Below, in pieces: positions 52,800 to 64,000 of a DNA stretch of 64,000 nucleotides. The stretch lies in assembly GCA_028023455.1 (NCBI GenBank), contig JAQFVV010000008.1:6820001-6884000 (forward strand), in the 5' to 3' direction. The notes under the pieces are model-generated. The model saw nothing but the letters and a program-made list of their open reading frames with translations, was not told the origin of the DNA and did no database searches. Origin of the DNA: Epiperipatus broadwayi (lineage: Eukaryota; Animalia; Onychophora). Position numbers and translations under genes: made by a program. The first letter of the stretch is position 1; each line of letters begins with the position of its first letter.

Positions 52800-55450
52800 A
52801 TAGACAACTGTGACACTATACATAAAACAATTATTTAATACATCAATCCGGCTTTCTTTCTTAATGAAACCTTTTCAAAATGTTTTGTTTTACACAATCA
52901 CGCGATGTGATACACTGTGACTTCTCCTTAAATGGAGTCAGGAATCTCTCAACAACTATGCCCAGAGAAATCTATTAGCCACTTTACTTTCCCTTTCCAT
53001 TCTCCACCTTAAGTTTTCCCATAATCTGCTCCATCCCATTTCCACAACATAATCTTTGTCAACTCTATGGCCTTTATATCTAAAACCCCCTCATCTTTTC
53101 CCAAACCCAGCATAAAAACCAATAACCCACTTTCTGTATAATTATTTTTTTCATATTTATTCTTCCATAACTTCATTATTTGTACCCTTTCTGCTTTCAA
53201 GCATTTACATTCAATTAACAAATGCCTAATATTTTCTATGCCTTCTTTACACAATTTGCAGACTAAATCACCCATATTTTTCCATTTACATGTATATTCT
53301 CTTGTTGCTAAAGATTTCATTCAAACCTTAAACAATAAACTACTTTCCTTGCTATTATCATAAATTAACTCACACCTAATAATTCCATTTACTTCTATAT
53401 ATGTTTAAACTCTTTTTACTCTCCACACTAGTTCTCCATCTCTCTAACTCCCTAGTCTTTATTAATGCATCTATTCTTTTATCCCATTCCTTACCATTAT
53501 AACCATCAACAATCCTCCTAACACAATCACCCCATCTTTTGTACAAGTATCCTGATACAAATTCTTTATCCAAATCTTTTTGCATTCCGCATTACCTTTT
53601 TCACCCATCTTGTTGCCTGCCTTTACTCGTAACCCAATTAAATACTATTTTAGCTATCTTTTATTATCCATAAACTGCAATCTACCAAACATTTTCATTT
53701 TACTGTTTGCATCTCTCATATAAAAACTTGACCATCCCATTTCTCCTTGAATTGTCTCCCTTGTTGTCCACACATCTGCATCCAATGCACGTCTTCCTAC
53801 TTCCCTTTGTACTTTTTCTAAATAATATCATATCCCTTTACTAACACATAATGCATCATTACCATATGTTAACCCTGCTACTGCAACTCCCATATAGTTC
53901 TAGCTACATCCTATTTATTATATGAAAACATTGTTAATTTCTCTATCAATCCCTTTCTTTTTTTTGCTTCATTTATCAATTTTTTTCTCCCATTCATCCA
54001 AGCAATTTTTCTGATTACTTAAGATGATTCTCAAATAACAATATCTATTCACCACACTTAACTTTATATCCCCCAATAAAAATTCTATATCTTCTCTTTC
54101 CCAGTATTAACCATCATTATATTTGATTTTTCTTGACTAAATTTAATCCTCATCTCTTTACTCACCCTTGCACATGTCCTCAGCATAACTTCCAATATCT
54201 TCTCTTCTTTCTGCACACAAAAAGACATCATCAGCAAAAAAAAAAACACTTGACAAAGTATAAACTCCCTTGCCACATATTAATGGTATCTCTATCCCCC
54301 TTCCTAATCTTTCTATTACTCTCTCCATTTCACTCAAATATAATGAAAACAAAATAAGTGACATAGGGCATCCTTGCCTTAGTCCTACCCCATTTTTAAC
54401 TTTAGCTGATTCTATATTCCCTGATATGTATAGTAAATATTTTCATATAATTTCTTAATATCCACTAAAGCTTCATCCATTCCCAAATTTGCTAAACTTA
54501 CCCATAATCTATTTCTATTTACTCTATCATATGCCTTCTCTATATCTATAAAACTCATATATAACTGTCTACCTGAATTCCTATTCATATCCTTAAGTTG
54601 TGTAACTACAAATAAACTATCTACTATATGCCTATCTAATCTAAAACCTCATTGCATTTCCCCCACTACATTATTCCCTTCTATCCATTTTGCAACTCTT
54701 CCAGCCACCATATATGTAAAAACTTTATATAAAACTGATGTTACCGCTATCAGTCTATAATTGCTTAACTTTCTATGATCCTTACCCTTTCCTTCCAATT
54801 ATCCGGAAAAACTCTCTTTTGTGCCACCTTATTAAAACAGGATAATAGCTTTACTTTTGCCCTATACCCTAAATTCATTACCATCCCTGCTATCCATCCA
54901 TAAAACCTCTTGCCTTTCCATTTTTCAATTTCTTCCCTACCTCATTCAATTCAGTTTTTGTAAACCTAATGCTCCCATTACTATATGTTTTCTATCACTC
55001 TGTCCCTCACATCTAACATCTTTTCTACATCCATTACATATGTTTAAGATTCTCTCTAAGTCTTCTCTAGAGCTCCACTCTATTCCCTCATCATCGCATA
55101 ATAATCTCTCTCTCCCCCCTTCATTTCTTCTTTTAATGTAATTCCAAAAATTTTTACTCCCATTTCTTTCACTTTTATTAATATCCTCCAACAATTTACT
55201 ATTCAATTTCATTATCTCTATAATTATCTATTTTAGCGAACTTTTTCTTTTCTAAGTACTTTTCCCATTTAGTATTAATATCTTTTTTACTTTCCTTGTT
55301 CTTAATAGCACACTTATATTTTCTGCATGCTTCTTTCCTTTCTTTTACACTTTTACTAATTCTCATTTTTTTATTACTTTTATTCTTATGAATATTCTTA
55401 CCTAAAACCCTATTTGCCACTTTTTTTATTTCATCACACCAGCAACGCCC
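52800..55450 (-). mobile_element. 5'-truncated LINE, frameshifted but relatively well preserved (RT plus C-terminal CCHC-type motif)
   Basis: Frames include NYRLIAVTSVLYKVF, MSFIDIEKAYDRV, GLRQGCPMSLILFSLY, FFADDVFL and CKLCKEGIENIRHLLIEC. These explain the ORF-track entries at 53009-55477. Confidence 0.9.
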
Positions 55451-55730
55451 CAAATGGACATTATTTACATTATACAAAAAATATAATTATTAAAATACAT
55501 ACATTAAATATAATTAATAAAATACATATATGTACATAAAAATGATTAAACTTAATTTTATATATAGAAGGCAAACATTATGGACAAATTTTAACATTGA
55601 AATTTGATCATTTAAAATATTTATATATATATTTAAACATCCATTCCACTACATATTCTTGAAATATAAGAATAATGATATCTAAAAAAGATAACTAACT
55701 CCAAGAGTATAGAAATATATACGTAAATAC

Positions 55731-57210
55731 TGTAACAGTCAGAATCGTCTATCTCGCTAACACACTGCAGAATTCAAACCCCAGACACGAAACTGAACAT
55801 TCTAGGAGGGGTTGCCTTCTAGAGATATTAAGTTCGAATCTAAAGTCCAAATTTCACAGCGCCATCTACGGGATAATGCATCTGATGCCACTACTAGTAT
55901 AACCTTTGACCGGTGCCTGGTGGTCAGGGAGAAACAAAAGACTCTATACTAAAAGAAGTTTGGGTGGCTAATTAACGTCTATGGATTTACAAAAGAAATG
56001 CAGAAAATATATATATATAGACCGAGACAGTGATAGGAATCAAATAAAATAAGAGATCAAATTTAGTTTTAAATAATTTCACACAATTTATTTATATATA
56101 TATATAATGCCACTGTCTGCTTATATGAGACAGGGACGCGTATTAAATAATTGTTGGCATTATATTTCAATAAATGACAAAAGGTTATAAAGCAAAGTGA
56201 TATATTCTATTCCTCGGGCTAATAGCATTACGATAATGTGCTTGACGAGATAGGAACATGTGCGAGGTGCTTTGAGTAATTATACAAGTTTAAGAAAATA
56301 TTTGAAAATTAAGTGTTCTAAAATATTTATTGATTTCAAGAATAGCACGGACTAAAGCTTACTAAGCAACAAAGTGGGAATGGGATCAAAGCATTTATTT
56401 GAGAATAATAATAATAGAGTTGCATTGGGAGGTCAGTATTGCTGATAATGAATTTATTAAAGTTGGAGGGTGTGACACGTTTAAGTCACGGATGCTTTGT
56501 AAAATAAATATAAAATAAAACAATATCGAATATCCGGAATGATTATGGAGGGCGTCTCGCCGCTAACCCGTAGGAAAGTATTTTGATGAACAGCCGAAAC
56601 TTAGCGACTGTGTGACGATTGCGTTTAATTCCCAGGGGTGTCATTTGGGACACCCTCTGCCTGGAAACTTGCAATAAGCGAAAAGAACGGACTTTGCCGT
56701 GTAAAGAATCCTTGGAAAAATAAAACAAAGCGGTCTCAACAACCAATTCATTTACCAGCAATACGAGACTAGTGTATATAAAAACATACTAAATGGGTTT
56801 TACTCGGATTAAGAGAAATGCCCAATCAAATTCCCCGAAATTCATTTAAAAGGGTCCGCACATTCTCGACGTCAATGATGAACTTTATCATTAAAGTAGA
56901 ACATGGTAATTAAAATAGGAAAATGCATGCTTGCGGGTTTGAAGAGTAAGTATAGATTTATATACGCAATCATGCATTTGGGGACACATTTAAATCACTG
57001 ACCTCGCACATACTCTCATGGTAGATTAAAATCAATAACATGTAGATTTTAAACTGTGATTATATTATATTAAAGAAAAGAATCGCCCTCGAACGAGTGA
57101 TTTGCAAGATAATAAAATTGGAAAATTATAAATTTAAAATATGCCTTAATAGCGGCATCTTACTTTCAATAAAGGGAATAGTTCACTCGGTCAAAGACGA
57201 TTCTGACACA
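55731..57210. mobile_element. CpG-rich putative element with TGT...ACA ends and short inverted terminal matches
   Basis: GTCAGAATCGTCT near the left end is mirrored at 57195-57207; CTTTGACCG (55904-55912) is mirrored at 57188-57196. A weak RT-like remnant GISLNPSKTHLVCF lies on minus near 56800. No TSD. Confidence 0.4.
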
Positions 57211-57402
57211 TTATCATAATAAAATAAAATAAAGCTTTATAAATAGAAAATATTAACCCAAGGATAGAGCAAAATGTTGAGTAGATTTAAACACATTAAA
57301 GAAATACATAATGAAGTTATGTGAAATATAAGGGAAACAATTTTAAATAGCTATACCATGTTAGTTAGGAATCACAAGAGCGCTTGGGTTAATTTAGGTT
57401 AC

Positions 57403-57590
57403 CTCTGGAGACACATTTGCAGGTAGATGTTCGGCAGGTTTTATAATTCAGCAGCAAAATCTGGAATGTTCATATTTTGGCAGCAGCAGCAGTTCCGGGG
57501 TCCGTGTGATAACTTCCGATGGTATGGAGCAGCGGCTGGCTATTCCGAGGGGACATAGCCATCTTAACGCCTCTACTCGGACATGTCAAG
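57403..57590 (-). promoter_or_regulatory. GC/CpG-rich exon-like island; possible non-coding first exon or promoter
   Basis: Local GC/CpG enrichment. Minus-strand donor AG|GTAACC at 57403/57402; AAGATGGC (YY1-like) at ~57558-57565; 30-aa ORF at 57562-57470. A plus-strand donor AG|GTTAGC at 57590 makes the strand uncertain. Confidence 0.4.
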
Positions 57591-58539
57591 GTTAGCAAAT
57601 TATTAGAATAGAACACAGAATGATTTCTCTTAGACACATTAGAATAAAAAACAACTAACTGGAGAACAAAAGAAAACCATTCTTTTTATAGTAGACGTTA
57701 ACAATAGAACTGCCCTGGAGCATTACAAAAATATATCGGACTTATCAGCTGTAATTAAATCTATCCTAATGTCTAAAGGAATTCAACATTAATTAATTTC
57801 TTTTGTTAATTTCGGATTACAAACTAGATTTAATTAAAATTTACTTTTACTAATTAAAGAAAACCTTAAATGGACATCTGCTGTTTTTAGATAAACTTAT
57901 ACAACATTTACTAATTAACTATTGTCCCTCATTTATTTTAACAGAAATATTTGGAATAACTTTTATTAAATTAAAGAAAATGATTTTACTTTTTAAATTG
58001 CAATATTTGAATCTATTTACTAAACGAATATTTACTAAATGAATTTTATTTTAAATCAAAATATATTACGACAGTAATATATTTGTAAATAGATTCAAAC
58101 AAAATAACTTTAACAATTTATAATTTTGATATGTTTTAAAATGCATATCATAGTGTGTGCGCCATTACGACTTATATAACTTACTTTTTAATAAATGTAA
58201 ATTATGTGAACAACTACATAATTCATAATATTTTATTTTATTTGGGAATAAGTTATATATATAATACGAGCATTGTGCTCATGGTTTAAAATTAGGCGGG
58301 ATTTTCGGTATATAAGTGTATTGCAGACACACTACGATAGATTGGGGTTCAAACTAAGGTATGAGGATAGGAAGTAGGTGAGAAAAGGTGAAACGAAGAT
58401 CTGCAAAGCAGACCTTACTGTTTCAATACCCACATACCCAATCAAAATGCATATTTTAGAAAATTTGTATCAATTCTGAAACTAATATTAATCATCAGTT
58501 ATTTTCATTTAATAGATGGTTTAGATTTGCAAGTATTTA

Positions 58540-59600
58540 TAAAGTGTGACATAACTAATAGCAAAAAAAAAATTAGATTTAGAAAAGAGTAATGAAACAA
58601 GATACAATTGGAATGGGAGAAACAATACTAAAAGAGATATAGAGAAAAAGGAAATAATATTGTATTATTCTTGAAAAGGAATTTGAAAGAGTGAATTTAA
58701 TTGCCAGATATATTAAAAAAAAAAAATACAGATAGAAAAGATATTTATTGAGAAATCTGTATATGAAACAGAAGATATATGTAAATACAAATTATCTTTT
58801 TATAGAGGATATAGATATAGAAAGAAATCTAAGGTAAAAGCGTTATTTTCTGTTTTGTTAATATATTTAGATGACGTTTTAAATGAATGATGTTTAAATA
58901 AAAATGAAATTAGAATAGGTGATTAGTGAATTAATTGTATTGAATTTGCTGATGTGAGGGTGGGCTCAATAAAATGTTCAGTGAAACTAACAAAACTTGT
59001 AAAAACGTCTGAGATGAAAATAAATGCTAATAAAAATAAAACAATAAAAATAGATAAAGAAAAGAAAGGATTAAAAATGAGCATTAGACAAAAGGTTATA
59101 AAGGAGATTAGTGCTTTTAAACATTTGATAAGATGAATACCTGAAAAAAGAAATAATGATATAGAAATTAGAGTAAAAATTGCAATCGCTTAATAAGCAG
59201 TTAATAAAAGTAGGAAATTATTCTGAGTGCCATCAAAAAAAAAATAGATTTAATAAAAAGGCTTATTAAATATTTCATTTAGAATACAACTTTATATAGA
59301 ATAGAAACATAAGCAATAAGGAAACAGAAGGCTTTAAAGATGTAGATTTGGAAAAATAAAAAAGTTATGTTAAAAAATAAAATTAGAAATAAAAAAATAT
59401 TGAAAAAATAAGAGAAAAAAAGATTATTTTTTGATGAAAATATGACGCAAAAGAGGAACTGATTGAGTGTATAATTAGAAGCTAAAGAATTTATAAAATG
59501 TGTTGATAAAACATGAGGAAAAAAATAACAAAAGATAAGAAAGACTTGGAGAATATGATCTGGTTTAGTATATGGGATCTTTTGGCAGATAAATGATGAT
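58540..59600 (+). mobile_element. Highly decayed RTE-like LINE fragment
   Basis: Purine-rich + strand with RT-like remnants (IYLDDVL, EFAD, KINANKNK, EIRVKIAIA). Confidence 0.5.
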
Positions 59601-60110
59601 GATATCTTAATGTTGCAAATATCTTAAGCTAAGCGAAGATAAGCAATAATAAATCAGCAACAATGATTAATTTGCTATCAATTGGTTATTGCATTTGATT
59701 ATGAACAGAGAATTTATCATATATATAATCATTTATAATATACTGCATTTAAATAAATATTCACTACTTACAACTTACAGATTATAACATATTCAAAATA
59801 CCATACAAACTTTGAAAATATAATGCAAATCCACTATAAATAATACTGTGACATTTATAAGTATAATCTGTTTTCAGTATTTGATAAATTTATAATAGCA
59901 TATTACTTGTAGTTATATGGTGGACAATTTCTTATCATCAAATTTTTTAAATGTTTTTATAAAAATTCAAAATACTAATTGGTATATTATTACTACAGCA
60001 AAATATATTTTGAAAAAAATAAAGTTTGAATTTTTCTAAAAACATGAAAATAATCCAATATATAACTACAAAATAAAAAGCCTTTAGTTTATCAGCCAAT
60101 AGAAAAAAAA

Positions 60111-62154
60111 GGTTCTAGTAAACTATTAACTGTGCAGCCTTTGGTGGCGCTATTTCTAGTTAAAAACAGAGCATTATAACATTACCGGGCCGCTAGATTT
60201 TTTTTATCTAATAGATCGTATTTTGACATACGGCTGTAATTTTTTTTTTTTAATATTTAATATATTGTTGTTGTTTGTTTTGGACATAATTATTTTTTTT
60301 TTAATATTTAATATATTGTTGTTGTTTGTTTTGGACATAATTATTTTTTTTTTTTGGTTTTCATTTGATAAATTTAAAACTATAATGGACAGTTTGACCT
60401 TTTTTTTTGGATCTCAAAAGTGCATAATTTTTGACATACGCCTTTATTTGGGGAGGGGGGGTTTCCATTCTAAATCTACTGTTTCTTTTTTACAGACGTC
60501 TTTTATTTTTTTGTTTTGGATTCAATACATTTCAAAGTAATAAGGGACAGTTTTAACTTTTTTTTGGAATATCTCAAATATACACAATTCGCTTTACATA
60601 CGACTTTCTTTTTTTGTTGTTGTTATTTAAAATTAGAATCGACACTTTCTTTTTGAATTATGTTAAAAATGAGGGGGTTTGCTGTTGATTGATTTAGCAA
60701 CAAAAAATTCAAACCTGTCCGACAAACTCCGCCTCAGATGTCCGTATTTGCTTATAAACGAAAAGAATTGTTTGGTATTTTATCTTACATTTATAAATAC
60801 GGGGTTTTTTTTTTTGGATGGCATGTTTTGATTTTTTTGTTTTTTAAATAATAACAAATAAAACGGGGTTTTGATTTTTTTGTTTTTTTTAATAATAATA
60901 AATAAAACGGGACTTCTTTTTTCTCTTAGATTTATAAATACGGATGTTTTTTTTTTTTTTGGCGGCGGGTTTTGATTTTTTTGCTTTTTTTAAGAATAAC
61001 AAATAAAACGTCCAAAACAAAAACCAAAAAGTCAATCACGGTATTGTTTTTTTAACACAAAAAATATGTATGTTAACCGGTTTTGTTACATTCTGTAGGA
61101 TTTATTTATTTACCTTTTTTAAGAGTCGTACAAGTTTGTTAAAGATTTTTTGTTTTCATAACAAATAAAACGTCGGATATTTTTATTCTTTTTTAACAAC
61201 AAAAATTAGTTCGGGTTCATTTTTAAAATCTACTTAAAGTGCTGTTTATTGATTTAAAACAACAACAACAAAAAACCTATTTTTGCTTCTAAACGGAACG
61301 AATAGGTATGTCAAAAGAAGAAGTATTTTTTTTAAAAAAAAAATCAATCAATCAAGAGATGTCCAACAAACTACGCCGCCCCTTTTTAACACTGTCATTC
61401 TGGGTGTTAATTACATGATTTACAGATAAAAATAATCGCAAACAAAACACAAATTTTTTCCAGAAAATAAATTTATTAACCACATATGACTGAACTAAAT
61501 CAACTGTAATGAATGGCAGGATGTTTTGGGCTTGCAAAAATGCAATTGCCTCACTTTCTCTGTTTGGGACGTCTCACAAATATAATAACGTGGTAGACAT
61601 TTTGTTCTTTTTTTCAACTCTCGTCCGAGTCATGACAGAAACGGTATTTTTCCGCAAACAACTCCAATCGTCTGCCAGAGAGCTTGAGAAATTTTATTTT
61701 GTCTTTTTTGACCCCCAAAAAAGCCAAAATTAGCCAAAAAAAATTTTTTTGACAAATATCAATAATATGCTGAAAATTACTAGTACGCAAAAATCTTTCA
61801 GTTGGGAAATACAGAAAATCATAAACATCAACAAATAAACACTTGAAAAAGATGACAATGCTCACACTCTCATCTTAAATTCTAACGAGAATACAAATTC
61901 TGTCAATATGCATAGGAATTCAACCCGCAATGAAATCAACGGCAAACTATACGATCATAGTATTGTTAGTAGACATAGTGTTATTGAACGCGGAAGAATT
62001 GGCCGCGTATTATAACCACTACATATGATCTACTCGTATATTAATGATCACTCGTATATTAGCCATAGTTTCGGCCGCGAAAGCGATATAATTCTGTGTT
62101 TTTACACAGAAACAGCGCCACCAAAGGCTGCACAGTTAATAGTTTACTAGAACC
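60111..62154 (-). mobile_element. Non-autonomous Merlin (IS1016-like) DNA transposon
   Basis: ~68-bp TIRs GGTTCTAGTAAACTATTAACTGTGCAGCCTTTGGTGGCGCT. Exactly eight A on each side (60103-60110, 62155-62162). Internal tandem repeats at 60240-60355 and 60800-61200. Remnant MSTTLLYL*DVPNRESEAIAFLQAQNILP...LSVNHVINTQN resembles Merlin N- and C-terminal motifs joined by a deletion. Confidence 0.7.
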
Positions 62155-62339
62155 AAAAAAAATTTTCACACATTTAGTTTGAATAGTTATCAACCTGAGA
62201 TAGTGAACCATTTCAAATATTTTGGTAGCTTTTTAAATAGAAAAGTGGACTAAAATCCAGTTCATTATGTGCTTCCACTGTTTTCAAATTAGGGTATTTC
62301 ATCATAATGAGATAATTACTGAAACCAAATTATCTGTAT

Positions 62340-62740
62340 GTTGAACTGTTATCTTATCTAATCTATTATATGAAAGTGAGACTTGATCCTCTCATTTAAA
62401 GAGGCTCCATAAAATTCTTGGAAGATGATAAGATTAATCAATATGTTCTTCAACTTGCTGGAAGAAATACTATAGTTCCTACTATTGTAAAGCGACATGT
62501 AAAATGAATGAAGAATGCAGATCCCACTTGCATTATAATGATTCTCAAAGATATTCTAAACAACTGCAGTATTGGTCGTTTTCTATGGAAAGATATGGCT
62601 GAAGATAGAATACAATAGAGAGTTAAACAAGTTGTTAGTCTTACAGAAAAAAAAGTTATGAAATATCAAATATACAGAATGGACCAGCATTCTTTATATA
62701 TGGATATACTTTTATTTCACAGAATGGTTTATATAACTTT
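62340..62740 (+). mobile_element. Decayed RTE-like LINE 3' fragment
   Basis: DKINQYVLQLAGRNTIVPTIVKRHVK*...IGRFLWKDMAED resembles the RTE C-terminal region (DKI.N..VL...GRP..RWKD). In-frame stops are present. Confidence 0.5.
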
Positions 62741-62995
62741 TGCAAAACTCATCTCCACTATATTATTATTTTGTCTCCCCCCCCTCATGAAATTGGATTA
62801 GCCATATTTGTTTAAAAGTGATTGCTGCTATTGCTGATGATAATGATATATAACAGCATAAATGAAGCCAATTCTCATATTATTAAAATAAAATGGAAAA
62901 AAAAAGCTTATATTTATCAGATTTTCAAATAAAATTCTTGTTAATTTATTTATCATATAATACTAAATCATCCATGCAGTTTACTACTGTTACAC

Positions 62996-63121
62996 AATGC
63001 TTTAACCACCCTCTTTTACAGTTACAGTTTTGATTGCCCCAGCAATCTTTTTCAGAACTTTTATATCTCCTAACTTGCTGAGGCAATCAAAACTGTAAAA
63101 GAGGATGGTAAATAAAGCATT
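62996..63121. repeat. Imperfect hairpin with ~45-bp arms
   Basis: CCACCCTCTTTTACAG[TTACAG]TTTTGATTGCCCCAGCAA is mirrored by TTGCTGAGGCAATCAAAACTGTAAAAGAGGATGG. Confidence 0.8.
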
Positions 63122-64000
63122 TGGCAATGCAATAAGAAAGATTAGTTATTTCAATATGCTTTCATAATTATAATTTTAGAACTGATTTCTAATGTTAAAT
63201 TTAAAAATTCAATACGAACATTAGCCATTATTCAATTTTATATTTTTTACTTTAACTGTCTTTTGTTTATAATATTTGTATTGTTTCAATGAATACATTA
63301 ATGTTAATTTATTTTCCCACTGCCTTACATTATCATCATACAAATCCATTTGGTTGTTTTTATTTTATTGAATGTTCAGTATTTAAAAAATCTTTGAAGG
63401 ACATTGTATTAATAATTATGTAGATCTTCATTTACTTTTTAAGTTATTAAATATTAGATATGTATTAAAAGTGCTAACATCCAAAGTATTTTAGTATAAT
63501 TTCTATATTAACATCCACTTCTTTCATCTTCTGCAGCCTGAATACTAAAAGAAAAACCCCAAATCTACTTTTACTACTTCATCTACCATAATATCTCTTT
63601 TAAAATATATATATATATTGTGAAGGTAGCTCAAGATCGCTCCCACAACAAACCTTAACCATCTGAAATGATAGATTGTTTATTGATGTAATTAGCATGT
63701 AAAGATCAAATATAAAAAAATAAGTTTTGCTAGAACACTTTTTTTTAAAAAAAAAAATGTTTTGATATTTTTAACAGTGTACTAACTACATATTAAGGAT
63801 TGGGAATGATGGGTAATATATAGTGAAAAACACATATATATTAGTAATAAAATTTTATTACTAAGAAAATATAAACCTTGATTAAACAAAAAAAATTGTG
63901 CATACTTATATATATATTGATAATTGTTGTACTGATTATGTTAAACATACAATGACTTAAATAAAAAATAATCATAGCAATAAAAAAAATATATCAAGTA

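Noticed and set aside
53560-53585. KDLDK motif resembling the ATG13 N-terminus (RKDLDKF)
   Set aside because: It lies within the LINE reading frame and the flanking residues do not match ATG13.
57403-57590. HARBI1-like head-to-head neighbour, as next to vertebrate ATG13
   Set aside because: No Harbinger/HARBI1-like peptide was seen on the plus strand.
58438-58475. Possible mini-exon TTCAG|...ATG CAT TTT GAT TGG|GTATGT giving MHFDW spliced in frame to FNLAIKD
   Set aside because: The DW|F junction echoes ATG13, but there is an in-frame stop two codons before the ATG and no other similarity. It would delete the first HORMA helix. Chance is plausible; only RNA-seq junctions could rescue it.
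61352-61865. piggyBac interpretation of the ORF fragments
   Set aside because: There is no TTAA target or C-initiated termini. GG ends with an 8-bp TSD fit Merlin better.
1-64000. Most 60-100-aa ORF-track entries rich in F, I, L, K, Y and N
   Set aside because: These are expected by chance in DNA this AT-rich, or are antisense frames of TE remnants.
1-64000. CRISPR arrays, rRNA genes and prokaryotic operons
   Set aside because: No regular repeat-spacer array or rRNA-like sequence was seen. The window is spliced eukaryotic DNA.

Overview
Very AT-rich eukaryotic genomic DNA, probably an arthropod (inferred from protein similarity and repeat content, not proven). One host gene dominates the window: ATG13 on the minus strand. 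Four phase-consistent coding exons (52723-52167, 37914-37774, 27852-27549, 9587-9375) encode the HORMA domain, the DDFVMI LIR motif and the C-terminal ULK1-binding region. The exon(s) for the first ~50 aa were not found. Introns and flanks are filled with mostly decayed transposons: three hAT elements, a Gypsy provirus remnant, LINE fragments, tRNA-derived SINEs, Penelope-like elements with hammerhead ribozyme motifs, a foldback tandem repeat and a Merlin-like element. The most unusual object is a 3.39-kb palindromic element (33576-36962). Its two ~1.36-kb arms each read as LTR + tRNA primer-binding site + leader and face each other. It has TGT...ACA ends and an exact 4-bp flanking duplication (ATAG), which suggests an LTR-derived unit that inserted like a DNA transposon. 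All calls are by eye; no searches or folding were run.
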